Assembly (NCBI GenBank): GCA_951406725.2
Contig: OX597814.1
Span: forward strand, 125,240,001-125,304,000
Direction: 5' to 3'
DNA: 64,000 bases
Source of the DNA: Octopus vulgaris
Taxonomy: Eukaryota
Shown in pieces: positions 14,080 to 26,157 of the stretch. Made by a program: the position numbers and the translations under genes. Under the pieces are notes generated by a model. That model did no database searches and had not been told where the DNA came from. It was given only the letters and a program-made list of their open reading frames with translations. The first letter of the stretch is position 1. Each line of letters starts with the position of its first letter.

Positions 14080-14640
14080 TAGGGGTGGTGATGGTGGGTG
14101 GTAATAGTGATACTATTTGTGTGGGAGTTTTGATAGGGGCGTTGATGATGTAGATGATAGTGTTGTGAAGGCGGTAGCAGTATTAGTTGTGGTGGTGTTG
14201 GTGGTGGTGGTGGTGGAGGTAGTGGTGATGTTGGGGGTAGTGATGGTTGTTGTTGTTATTGGTGGTGGTGGTGGTGATGATGGTGATGGTGATGAGGTGA
14301 TAGAGGTGGTGGTGAAGATGGTGATGGTGATGTGGTAATAGAGGTGGTGGTGGTGATGGTGATGGTGATGTGGTGATAGAGGTGGTGGTGAAGATGGTGA
14401 TGGTGATGTGGTGATAGAGGTGCTAGTGATGAAAGAATTGGTGGTGGTGGTGGTGATAGAGGAGGTGATGGTGAACGGTGGTGGTAATGTTGTAGTGGTG
14501 GTGATAGTGATGGTAGTGGTGATGGTGATGGTGGTGGTGGTAACGATGGTGGTGGTGGTAACGATGGTGGTGGTGGTAGTGATGGTGGTAGTGGTGGTGA
14601 TGGCAGAGGCAGTGGAGTAGATGGTAGTGGGTAAAGTAGA
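14080..14640. repeat. Degenerate (GGT/GAT)n low-complexity tract
   Basis: Direct reading; accounts for the poly-Val and poly-Pro ORFs. Confidence 0.9.
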
Positions 14641-15039
14641 GATGAGATGGTGAGGGTGGGGTCTATCAGCATGAGGTAATCAATAGCACTAATGCTGTTA
14701 CATCATCACTGTTAAAAGCTTAAAACCACCACTACTACTACTACTACTAATAATAATAATAATAATAATAATCATACAGTAATAACAATCACCCACCTAC
14801 AACAATCACCAGCACCACCATGTGTCAATGAAGAAATCTTCATGTGATTACTCCACCTGCTAGAAATAACAGCTAAATCTTCCTCAACTCACACCCTAAA
14901 GACTTTATAAAATAGAGAACTTGTTAGATTATGGAGTCCTGGGCTCCTTGCACATTGGGAAAAAACAGGATGGTCACAGCTGGAATGCTTTTGATTATAA
15001 GTCTGTTTATAATTGACCTGGAATTGAACAACAGCAAAC

Positions 15040-15512
15040 TGTCACCATTACTAGTACTACAGCCACTACCATCATCGCCCATACCACTGTCACACTTCCC
15101 TACATAACTAACTACAAACACCACCACCACCACCATATCTTCCACCACTATCTTTCTACTATCATCATCATCATCATCATTGAACACCACTTCCAACCAT
15201 CCAAAACTACTACCATCGCCACTCACCCACAACTACCTACTGACTTACTAACCCATGTATCTATACCACTCGCCACCATTAATACAATGACAGACATGCA
15301 CCTACCCCGAACACCATAACAACCACAAGCATGCATAACCACCAGGTATTTACTTGCCACCACCATCACTACCACCGCTGTTGACAACCACCCCCATCCC
15401 CCATCATCACCACCACAACCACCACCATTTCTGCCACTATCAACACCACCGCAACGGTAAAAATCAACTTATTTGCCACTGTCGTTCCCCCACCACCCCC
15501 ACCACTGCCACT
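15040..15512. repeat. Degenerate (ACC/ATC)n low-complexity tract
   Basis: Direct reading; composition is reverse-complementary to 14080-14640. Confidence 0.8.
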
Positions 15513-15783
15513 GCTAAGAATCAGGAATTTGGCAACAATCAGGTTTGAACGGAAGACATTATCTCTGCCAAGTGAGAATATTCCAACTGTTGACATCAGG
15601 ATGAAAGTATGTCGCACTACAGGAGGCTCTTTACTTGTGTGTGTGTTTGTGTGTGTATATATATATATTTATATATATATATACTCACATACACACATGC
15701 ATATATATACACACACAACCTATGTACATACATACAGGCATATATACATATGCACATACATACAGACATGTATGTAAGCATAC

Positions 15784-15816
<33 letters not shown>

Positions 15817-15819
<3 letters not shown>

Positions 15820-16645
15820 GGTACAATGGGTAAATTGTTGCCATTCTATATTTTTAATTTCGCACATGTGCATTGTTTGTATTTTGATTTTGGCAACTAC
15901 ACAGTTTAGTAGGATCAGTTGGGCACCATCTGTGAGAAAAACACCACAATGGCACAATTCACTCTGCCAGAAATTTGGAAATGACATGCAGTACTGCTTG
16001 GAATTCACATCAGAAGCTCCAATACAAACATTTCAGAGTGTTTGGGTGTCAATCTGAGGACAGAGCATGTACCGAGAGTGATAAAAATCAAATATCCAGT
16101 CAACATCATGGTGTTTGGAGTGATCAATAGTGATGGTGACATTATGCCTCCTTTATCTTCCCACATGACCTCATACTTAACACGGAGGCCTACATCAAGT
16201 GCCTGGAGGAGGTAGTGCTGCCTTGGGTCAAGAGGGTGGCTGCTGGTAGACCCTATGTTTGGCAACACCCTCTGCACCATGCCACACATGCAGGAGAACC
16301 CAGTCATAGCTGTCAGAATTACCCTTAACATCTGGCCACCTAACTCCCCAGTCTGCAACCTCCTTTATTATGTGTGGGGCACAGTTGAGCAAGAGACCAG
16401 CAAAACTCCTTGTAACTGAAGGCAAGGATTATGGCAGTATTCACCAACTTAAACAAGGAGACGATCCAGAAGAGATGCAGATTTCGAAGTTGTCCTGAAG
16501 CTGTGGTTGAAGCCAATAGCGATTTTATTGAATTAATTTACTCTTTAGTATTTCAAGATATTTTTATGTAATTTTGTTAAAATGAGATGTCAGTATTATT
16601 TTCATTTTTATGTAATTTAGACAACAGTTTATTCACTGCATCCTG
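15817..16645 (+). mobile_element. Decayed, internally deleted Tc1/mariner element of DD37D (maT)-like type
   Basis: Frameshifted transposase motifs IMVFGVI.SDG, YIKCLEEVVLPW, YVWQ..SAPCHT, WPPNSP.CN.L.YYVW, AVVEANSDFIE*. Imperfect TIRs gagggtacaatgggtaaattgttg / caacagtttattcactgcatcctg. Confidence 0.75.
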
Positions 16646-17126
16646 TATATATACGAAAGACAAAACAGGTGCTGGTCTGTGTCAGCAAGACTTGATTTAT
16701 CTAGCAAAAAAGATGGAAAGAATATAGCGAATTAACTGTAGGGAGCGAAAAATCCAAGTTTCCAAAAAGAGTTGTTGAAAAGTTGACAGGAAATTTTCCG
16801 CTTCTCACTGCAAATTCACTGTACTTCTTTTGCCTATTTTACTACACACACACACATATATACATACATATATTTATATATACAGTGATCACTCACTATA
16901 TCACAGTTCACCTATTGCGCCCTCAGTACATCGCAGATTTTTCTGGCTTATATATCTAAATTTATATTGCAGACTCCTCAGTAAATCGCGGGTCTATGTG
17001 GCCGATAGGTATTTATATTATTTTAGATTTTAACTATTTCTGTGGTAAAATAAGCATTTTGCTTTGCCTAAAGATAAATAAATTAACAAATAGAAATACA
17101 GTACAGTATTGCACCCTATAACGCAT

Positions 17127-17533
17127 TACTCTTTACTCTTTTACTCTTTTACTTGTTTCAGTCATTTAACTGCGGCCATGCTGGAGCACTGCCTTTAATC
17201 GAGCAACTTGACCCTGGGACTTATTCTTTTGTAAGCCCTGTACTTATTCTATCAGTCTCTTTTGCCAAACCGCTAAGTAATGGGGACATAAACACCCCAG
17301 CATCGGTTGTCAAGCAATGCTAGGGGGACAAACACAGACACACAAACACACACATGCATATATATATATATATATACATATATACGACAGGCTTCTTTCA
17401 GTTTCCCTCTACCAAATCCACTCACAAAGCTTTGGTCGGCCCGAGGCTAAAGTAGAAGACACTTGCCCAAGGTGCCATGCAGTGTGACGGAACCCGGAAC
17501 CATGTGGTTGGTAAACAAGCTACTTACCACACA
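17127..17533 (-). mobile_element. SINE family A, CpG-decayed
   Basis: Reverse match with many CG>TG/CA changes (for example tggggacata versus cggggacgta). Confidence 0.85.
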
Positions 17534-17586
17534 GGCAAGAAAATATGCAGTGTACCAGAGATGAGTAAACAAAGAATTGCACTTAC

Positions 17587-17660
17587 TGTATGGAAAACGA
17601 AACTCAGGAGGATGAAAGCACAAAGACCAAAGTGAGGGCAACTTTTGACCAACACACATG
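17587..17660 (-). other. Candidate spliced exon (74 nt), function unknown
   Basis: Minus strand tgcag|CATG...ATACA|gtaagtgc. The donor is strong but the acceptor has a weak pyrimidine tract. Two frames are open; no recognised homology. Confidence 0.3.
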
Positions 17661-17737
17661 CTGCATTTATTAAATTGTATTCACAAATTCATTGAAAAGC
17701 CCTTCATTGAAACTGACTTTCAGGTTTTGCAGCATTA

Positions 17738-18445
17738 GGCACATGTAAAGGCTCTGTGGTTAAGAAGCTCTCCTTGTAACCACATGGTATCTGTTTCAGT
17801 CCTCCTGCATGGCACCTTGGGCAAGCGTCTTCTGCTATAGCCTCGGCTGACCAAAGCCTTGTGAGTGGATCTGGTAGATGGAAATTGAAAGAAGCCCGTT
17901 GTATGTGTATATGTACATATATAATGTGTGTGTGTGTGTGTGTGTGCATGCATGTGTGTGTGTGTGTGCATGCATGTGTGTGTGTATGTGTGCATGTATA
18001 TGTTTGTGTGTCTGTGTTTGTCCCCCCAACATCACATGCTGGTGTGTTTATGTCCCCATAACCCAGTGGTTCAGCAAAAGAGACTGATAGAATAAGTACT
18101 AGGCTTACAAAGAGTAAGTTCTGGGGTCGATTTGCTTGACTAAAGGTGGTGCTCCAGCATAGCCACAGTCAAATGACTGAAACAAGTAAAAGAATAAAAG
18201 AATATATATACATATATGTGTGTGTTTGTATTTGTCCCCACATTACTTGATGACCAATGCTGGCTTATTTAGATCTCCTGTAACTTAGCAGTTGGGGCAA
18301 AAATGACCAATGCATTAAGCACCAAACTTTAAAAAAAAATAAATAAGATCCGAGTGGGGGGGGGGGGTCTATTTGTTTGACAGAAAAATTCAAAGCAGTG
18401 CTCTAACATGGCCACAGTCCAGTGACTGAAACAAGTAAAAGATAA
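17738..18445 (+). mobile_element. SINE family A (CpG-decayed) plus an older partial copy
   Basis: Full copy at 17738-18202 followed by a diverged 3' half. Confidence 0.8.
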
Positions 18446-19207
18446 AGTTTAAAGATCTGCTATAATCTGGTTGTAATTTGTTTCCAAATCTAATAAGACA
18501 TGCACAGAAATAAAGATTAAGTCAGGTTTAGTTTCCAGTAATACTTATGCCAGAGTAGTATGTTCAACACAGTAGCACAGTGTCAATGCCATTGTTTGTC
18601 AATTTTCCATTAAAGAATTTTTTTCGACATCTCTGTACATAGAAGCAGTGAAGTGTCTAGATTGCTGTATACATGACACCTGTTAGTGTGAAAGATTGTC
18701 ATGGATTAAAAAGTAGATTAAAAAAGGAAGCGTAGATAAAGTAGATACAATAAAAAAAAAAAGCTAAAATTACAACAGAAATGTCTAGTTCTCTCCCTTG
18801 AAATCTTGAAGCAAATGTATAGTTCTTACACTGAAGAAAAGAAAAGAAATGAAATCATGATATTGTAGGCGGCATATCATATATAACTGGGTAGTGTTTC
18901 CCCTTCAGACATTTATATCTAAAACTCAACTATAGATGCAGTTATCGTGTTTAAACAGAGTGTATGCTTTATTTGTTATATTGTTTGCGATATAAAAGCA
19001 GTGCACTGATTCCATCATTGTTTTCCCCGACATTGCGAGTGACATCTACTCAATGTTTTAAATGTGATTCTTATAAACAGTTAGAATTGGTAAGCTCCAG
19101 GTTATGATGTGTTATTGATTGAATAATGTTATGTCTATGCGGAGTCGGGTGAGAGGAAATTTTGGTGAAAACTGTGGTTAGCTGTTGTTTCTGTAAACAC
19201 CACTTAC

Positions 19208-19311
19208 TGTTTGCTAAATACACATACACACATTCCAAAGATACCATGAAAATGCTGTTAACAGCTAAGAGTAAAGTAGATAAAGATACAAGCACTGACC
19301 ATGGAACTCCT
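19208..19311 (-). other. Candidate spliced exon (104 nt), possibly encoding a hydrophobic segment
   Basis: Minus strand ctaat..tcttcag|AGG...AAACA|gtaagtg. One frame is open: GVPWSVLVSLSTLLLAVNSIFMVSLECVYVYLAN. A strong acceptor (ttttcttttcttcag) lies downstream at 18830. Confidence 0.35.
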
Positions 19312-19377
19312 CTGAAGATATGTGTGAATTAGAAAATAGTGCAATAGTATCATGTTATAACAGTATTGCATAATATA

Positions 19378-19745
19378 AGCACAAGTGGATGTGTAGCTGT
19401 GTGGTTAAGAAGCTTGCATCCCAACCATGTGGTCTTTGGTTCAGCCCACTTCGTAGCACCTTGGATAAGTGTTTTTTTATGGCCCCAGACTAACACATGG
19501 ATTTGGTAGATGGAAACTAAAAGAAACCTGTTGTAAGTTTGTATTTATATACACCCTATCTGTGCATGTGTGTGATGTGTGTGTGCGTATTTATATACAT
19601 ATGTTTTCATGCACATACATATGTGTTTGTGCTTGTCCTGACAAGTGAGAGTTAGAAACAGGAAGAGCATTCAGCTATAGGAAATCTATCTCAACAAATG
19701 TTGATCTATGCAAGAATGGAAAAATGGATGTTAAATGATGACAAT
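19378..19745 (+). mobile_element. SINE with family A head and RTE-like tail
   Basis: Family A-like head; ends atggaaaaatggatgttaaatgatgac. Confidence 0.6.
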
Positions 19746-19896
19746 GATTTAATTTTGATGTAATTAAAAAAGGGAAAAAATTAATTACTGCTAATTTTGA
19801 CATATTCATTTCACCTCATGCTATATAAGGGAATGATAGGGAACTGTACAGAATTGATACTATAGATCAGCTGTAACTATATATATATATATATAT

Positions 19897-20310
19897 CATC
19901 ATCGTCATCATCGTTTAACATCCACTTTCCATGCCAGCATGGGTTGGATGATTTGACTGAAGGCTGACGAACCAGATGGCTGCATCAGGCTCCAATCTTG
20001 ATCTGGCAGAGTTTCTACAGCTGGATGCCCTTCCTAACGCCAACCACTCTGAGAGTGTAGTGGGTGCTTTTATGTGCCACCAGCATGAGGGCCAGTCAAG
20101 CAGTACTAGCAATGGCCATGCTCAAATGGTGTTTTTTATGTACCACCTGCACAGGAGCCAGTCCAGTGGCACTGGCAACGACCACAGTTGAATGGTTTTT
20201 CACATGCCACCAGTACAAGTGCTTGTAAGGCGACGCAGGTAATGATCATGCTCAAATGGTGTTTTTAACATGCCATCAGCACAGAAGCCAGCTTGTTGCT
20301 CTGCAACGAT
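19897..20310 (-). mobile_element. Non-autonomous retroelement with RTE-like (GAT)n tail
   Basis: The minus strand ends gcatggaaagtggatgttaaacgatgatga and contains ggcgttaggaagggcatccagctgtagaaac plus internal tandem units of about 60 bp. Confidence 0.6.
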
Positions 20311-20328
20311 ACACACACACACACACAC

Positions 20329-20370
<42 letters not shown>

Positions 20371-20629
20371 ACAGTTAAAAGTACAGAGATAAATTGTTAG
20401 GAGTCTAAAATTTCTACTTAAATTTCCTCTCACCTGACTCTGCACATAACAAAGTTCAATCAATATGACATAATAACCTGGAACTTACCAAACAAGCTGT
20501 TTATAAGAATCACATTTAAAACACTGAGTGGATGTCACTTACAATGTCACGGTAAACAATAATGGAATTGGTGCAATATTTTTATTTAGCAAATGAAAAA
20601 GCAGTCACTTGGTTTATACTGAACTACAG

Positions 20630-20822
20630 AACGTAGATTACTTATTAGATGTATAGATTGGATGTTAGAAATGTAGATTACTTATTAGATGTATAGATTA
20701 GTTGTTAGTAATGTAGATTACTTGTTGGCCATATAGATTTATTGTTAGATGTATAGATCTGTTGTGAGTAGTATTGATCTGTTGTTACATTTATAGATCT
20801 GATGTTAGTAATATAGATTAGG
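20630..20822. repeat. Minisatellite of about 20 bp (atgtatagattgttgttag-like)
   Basis: About 9 degenerate tandem units are visible. Confidence 0.75.
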
Positions 20823-22389
20823 AACACAGAGTTACAGATAAGTTCATAGATATAAGAGTTCAAAGTTTATTAGCAATTAGAAATTCTGTTGAAATAGGAA
20901 ATATCAATAACACTCTCTTTCATTGGCACAAAGCATCAAATTTGTTTACAAGGTATGTAGGCATTTGAAGTGACCCCTTGTCCATATCTGTTATTTTACT
21001 GATCCCAGTGTGTTGAAATACAATTTCAGCTCAAATAGGATTCATAACATAGATATTAAGGAACCAAATATTGTAAGGATTTTAGAGATCTTCTACCATT
21101 CTTATTCTTTTGAACTCATAGAATATATTTTGTATAACATTGGAACAGTCGATTAAATTCCTCACAGGGACATGACTGATACTTTATATATTGACCCCAG
21201 AAGGATTAGAGGCTAAGTTGATCATGGCAGAATTTGAAATATATCTATGGATGAGTGCCAAAGAAGAAACAGTATATTATTGGTGTACCAGCCCAGTATA
21301 TCTTCTTGGAATCATAGCTGTAACTATTTCGCTTCATTTTCATCACTAAATGCTCTTGGGAAATGGCTGTATGTCCCAACATTTCATTCTACCACTTTAG
21401 TAAACATCTCAGTTCATCTGAATATAGAATAAATCAATAATAAATCTCCAAGAAGAAGAATGGAATATCATGTATCCAATTACATAAAATAGAAATACAG
21501 TGGGTAACAGAAACGGAAATAAATTCATGGTAGTGCACCTCTATCAGTTGATATATTCTTTAGACAATCTTGTCAGAATACTTCTGGCATCAACAGTAAC
21601 TAAAAGTTAATTTAAACACAAACAACATATTACAAAGGTTACTTGCAAATCCAGATGTACATACAGTATAAAATTGATGAAGCTATCCTTGATGCATTAT
21701 CATACAAAATTGCTGAGGCGCTCACATCGACAACAAATTACACTTTATAATGCATTACAAAAACAATAGATCAGTAAGCGTGTACAAAAACAGAAGTATT
21801 AATGCCAAAAACGGTTCTGAATGAACAAAAACAACAAACTAATGTTATGTAGAAATTTATATTCCAACATGACAACTGCACAAGTCATAATATAGTGTAT
21901 GTAATTGAAACCTGAATGAGTTTAAACAGATGCTTTATAATGCACTTGCAACTTCCAATGGGAAACATAATAGAACCCATTTCATTAGCAGACACAGGAA
22001 GAAACTAAATGGGAAGAGACAACAATAATTCTTCTCAAAAGCCATTTACAACAACTATAATAAGATGTTTGAAGCCATTGTACTATGAACAGAATCACAT
22101 TCTTTGGAAAAAAGATTGTGATCTTTATGTCCTGGACAAGACATTAAACTGCATTCTGTAGTAAGGTTCGGAAGTTCAAGAGTTTTGGAAAGTGAGGAGT
22201 TATCTCTTAGCCACCGCTACTCCTAGGTCTACTCTAGCTTGGGCTGATAGGACCTGTGAAGAGAATCAGTTATAGGTCAAATACCACAAATAGCATATGT
22301 GTTCCTGGTGACTAAGGTATACAGGACTCAGAGGAGGGATAGCCTCTAGATACATGTCATGTAGGCCCACCTAAAAAATAAAAATAAAT

Positions 22390-22630
22390 GCGCCCTTTTA
22401 AAGCCTAACCAGGCTCATGGGCCCAGTTTCCCGGTTTCTGTGGCGTATCTGTTCCCCAGCTGGACAGGACGCCAGTCCATCGCAGTGTTACTCATTTTTG
22501 CCAGCTGAGGGGACTGGAGCAACATGAAATGAAGTGTTTTGCTCAAGAACACAACGCGACGCCCGGTCCTGAAATCGAAACCACAATCTTACCATCATGA
22601 TGCTGACACCCTAACCACTAAGCCACGTGC
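22390..22630 (-). mobile_element. tRNA-derived SINE family C
   Basis: Reverse of gtggcttagtggttagg..tttcgatt..ttgagcaaaacacttcatttc..ccagtc. Related heads occur at 23403, 33930, 35620 and 41948. Confidence 0.7.
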
Positions 22631-23139
22631 CTGGCCTAAGGGTTATACAAACTCTGTGCCACAAGGATAAGCTTAGACGAGCAGGAGACTAGCAAGATAC
22701 ATGGTAAATAAACCAGCTGACAGTAATGGGAAACCACTGCTATATCTACCCCCCCCCCCGCCAAAAAAAAATCACAGATATTTAGACTTTGTTCTCAAGG
22801 TCTGTGATTGTTGACACCTGTTGTGATGATACAGGGAGGAAAATAAAGATCATTCATGTATAACATCAACACCAGTTTACCTGATTGCTCTTGTTTTGCT
22901 TTATGTAAGAATTTGTCAATGCCCATCACTCATATGGAAATAGATTCAGTGAGCCAATGAGGAAGAGCTTCCACATGGTGACTTTCCCTGCAAGAAATAG
23001 CAACCAAATCTACCTCACATGAAACTGTGATGGCCTTAAGCAAGGAAGGGCTCATAAGATAATTAATCTGAGATAGTCTTAATGATGAGGTATTTTGGCT
23101 GAAATGCTTCTAAATGTTCCTTCAGGCTGGTCTGTATTA

Positions 23140-23349
23140 TGTGTATTTACTTTATATACATATATGAGTTGAACACTTTTTTTAACATTTCACTTAATGT
23201 CTATGCAGCATGCAGGTATGGGCTGGAGAGTTATTAATATAGAAAGTTGGTATCTCAGCTACTAGCAGTTGAGACCTGCGTAATCTTGACGGTGATTTTA
23301 AATTTCATTATTCTCTTTAACCTGGGCAACGCTGGGTACTTCTGCTAAT
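23140..23349 (+). mobile_element. Helitron-like 3' end remnant
   Basis: cctgggcaacgctgggtacttctgctaat is a decayed hairpin plus CTRR end, similar to the terminus at 44224-44251. The 5' limit is uncertain. Confidence 0.4.
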
Positions 23350-23354
23350 ATAAG

Positions 23355-23394
<40 letters not shown>

Positions 23395-23402
23395 CGTGTG
23401 TG

Positions 23403-23710
23403 GAGGTGCAATGGCTTAGTGATTAGGGCAGATTTCTCGCGGTCGTAGGATCACAGTTTCGATTCCCAGACCGGGCGCTGTGTTTATTGAGCGAAAACAC
23501 CTGAAACTCCACGAAGCTCTGGCTGGAGGTGGTGGCGATCCCTGCTGTACTCTTTCGCCACAACTTTCTCTCACTCTTTCTTCTGTTGGCCTGCTCGCTT
23601 AGCCAGTGGGGTGATGTCATTTGAAGGCTAAAACAATGCGAAGCGCATTGTGACCATGTGTAGCGATGTGTAGCAACATCTGATTGCCTAGTCGGTCACG
23701 GTGATCACGG

Positions 23711-23712
<2 letters not shown>
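23403..23712 (+). mobile_element. SINE family C variant
   Basis: tggcttagtgattagg head, gtttcgattcc B box, ttgagcgaaaacac motif. Confidence 0.7.
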
Positions 23713-23752
<40 letters not shown>

Positions 23753-23781
23753 TGCAGTATCACTGTCAAGCAGTGGACTTT

Positions 23782-24246
23782 AAGTTAGTGAAAATATATT
23801 TGTACATATTTTAACTTCTAAAGCCAAATTCACTGCAGCTACCAGGGAGATACAATTCTCTCTGATGGTAAAGGTCTAAAAACACCATATCTGCCCAGTA
23901 TTGCTCCGTCGGATTTCTTGATGCAGCGTTAAACACTGCTTGTTACTGATACTGCTGAATTTCTCCTGATCTGACAGTCTAATAGTTAAACTCAGACAAT
24001 GCTGATGGCTGTGTTTTAGCTAAAGCTATGGCTTTAAATCTGCCCAGAGTTACTTCAATTCAGCATATCCCATTGATAACAGCTAAAGAGCTAGAAACGT
24101 TGTGTCCAGGGATCCTACATGGTGCAACACTAGGCAGTTATGCTGCTGTTTTTACACCTTTTACCATAAGAGAGACTTTTTCTCCGCAGTAGCTACAGGG
24201 AATTTACCTTTAGAAGTTGAAATATGTCAAGCATTTGAACTAACTT
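23782..24246. repeat. 465-nt imperfect long hairpin
   Basis: Arms pair along almost the whole length (aacttctaaag/ctttagaagtt, tgctgaatt/aattcagca, tagttaaactcagaca/tggctgtgttttagcta); loop at about 23999-24005. Confidence 0.85.
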
Positions 24247-25598
24247 CGCTTATACACACGCTCGCGTGCATATATGTGTGAGTTTGTGTGCGTGTTCATC
24301 ATAATATAACTTGACATGTGGGCCATATTTTCATAAATTGTTGATTGCAGATCACAAATATTTCGAGATATTCTCACAATATTCTTCGTTCAGTGGTGTC
24401 AGCAACATTAACACTATCGAAGAATGTCCAAGATCTTTTCACACATAATATTGTATACTTTTCTGTTCCGACACAAAAATATCGTTTATGCAGTCCTAAC
24501 ACCAAATAAGAAACAGATGCAATGCAATCACCTTAACCGTACAGTGTTTATTTTGTTGTTGTTCTTGCTGTTGATGTTGTTGTTGCTGCTGCTGTTGCTG
24601 TTGCCATTGTTGTTTAATCCCGAGTCGTTCTGAGGGAAGCAGACCTTTGATCAAAAATGTTTCTACTACTACCATCCCGTCGTATGTATTATCCAAGCTT
24701 AATGTATATGGAACTACATCATCCTTTCTAGACAGTAAGATGTGAGTTTTAGAGCGATTTGAATTTTTATAGCAGGTCAAATGCCCTCATTATGAAAACA
24801 TTTTCTGTCACATTGTCCTTCTTGAACACTGATCCCTTATGATTTCGTGTCCCCTCTTTGGCTCATTATCTCACTTTATCTCGCATTCCCTCTTTAGTTT
24901 CCTGAATAGTTTTTGCTATCATGCTATCAACTGTAGTTCTCATCTATTTTGTTTCACCACTTACAAAGGAGGACTCGTATTTCAGTCTTTCCTTCACACG
25001 TTTCTTCAATAACGAATTTCAGTTTGGTAATGACTGCTCTGCCATACTTTTTAAAGTACAATTAGAGCATTAATACCAATCTGGTAAGATGGACCTCATT
25101 ACAAACCAATTGCACCTCATTTACTCTGAATGTATTATACACTTCCATCGTCTTACCTCATACTTCTACCTAAGTCTTTCTTTTCATAATCCCATTTCAG
25201 AGTTGATTGATTTCTTTGGGCCACTTATCATAGCTCAAATCAACAAGAAATCTCTTCTTTGTAAAGTTGTGCCATGACATCAAGATTGTTCTTCTACTAC
25301 TGCAATATGGTTTAGGAACACGAGCCTTTTTCTCTAAATCCTCTTTCACTACCAGTCCTTTGTACCATCGCAAATACCTTGATTTTGGTTATCGTTTTAA
25401 GTGTGTCTCTTCATGGTGTTTGGTCGTCTTTCTTGTAGAACGCCACAAGATACCAGCAACAACTACTTAACATTCTTACATTGCTCGTATATCTTTTGCT
25501 TCCATCATTCTGACAGATTCATACACAAGCAACGTCTTCATATGACCCAACTCTTACTAACATTCGTCTATCTCTCTTTCTCTATATCTCTCTACCTC

Positions 25599-25650
<52 letters not shown>

Positions 25651-25655
25651 CCGTA

Positions 25656-26157
25656 CTGTAAATCCTCGAGTACAATCCGCATTTTTTCCCAAAATTTAAA
25701 GGTCAAAATCCCTAGTGCGTACTATATACGAGGATAAAAATGAAGAATATTTTCTAAGCAATGTCCGAGTCCCTATTTGCTGCCCGGCAATGTTTATTCG
25801 GGCGCGGAAATACCTTAAGCTAAGCCTGAAAGTAATGAAATTATAAAAGAATCATCCATAACTTGTAGTAAGCAACATTTATTAAACTAAAAGTATTCAG
25901 AACACAGAATAACATGTAACAAAAACAATTTGCAAACATATTTACATTCCCATATAACAGTTAAGAACATCACCATTATTGCATTACGCATGTGCAGAAG
26001 TGTTTATTCGACTAGGAGCTGCTGGTTTAATTACGCACAACTCAAGTTAGAGAAGGGGTGCGTATTATACACAAGGTTTAGGTTTTACAGAGGTACAGCC
26101 CCCTAAAAATCCCCTGCGTATTATACTCAAGGGCGGACTATACTCGAAGATTTACGG
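25656..26157. mobile_element. Non-autonomous Tc1/mariner-superfamily (Tc2/pogo-like) MITE
   Basis: TIRs ctgtaaatcctcgagtacaatccgc / gcggactatactcgaagatttacgg, TA flanks, subterminal tgcgta(c/t)tatac repeats. Confidence 0.8.

Noticed and set aside
15522-15607. Plus-strand coding exon (KTLSLPSENIPTVDIRMK)
   Set aside because: No pyrimidine tract, no recognisable homology and no partner exons.
21665-21816. Coding exon on the minus strand
   Set aside because: Splice-like signals are present but all three frames contain stops; kept only as a possible non-coding or terminal exon.
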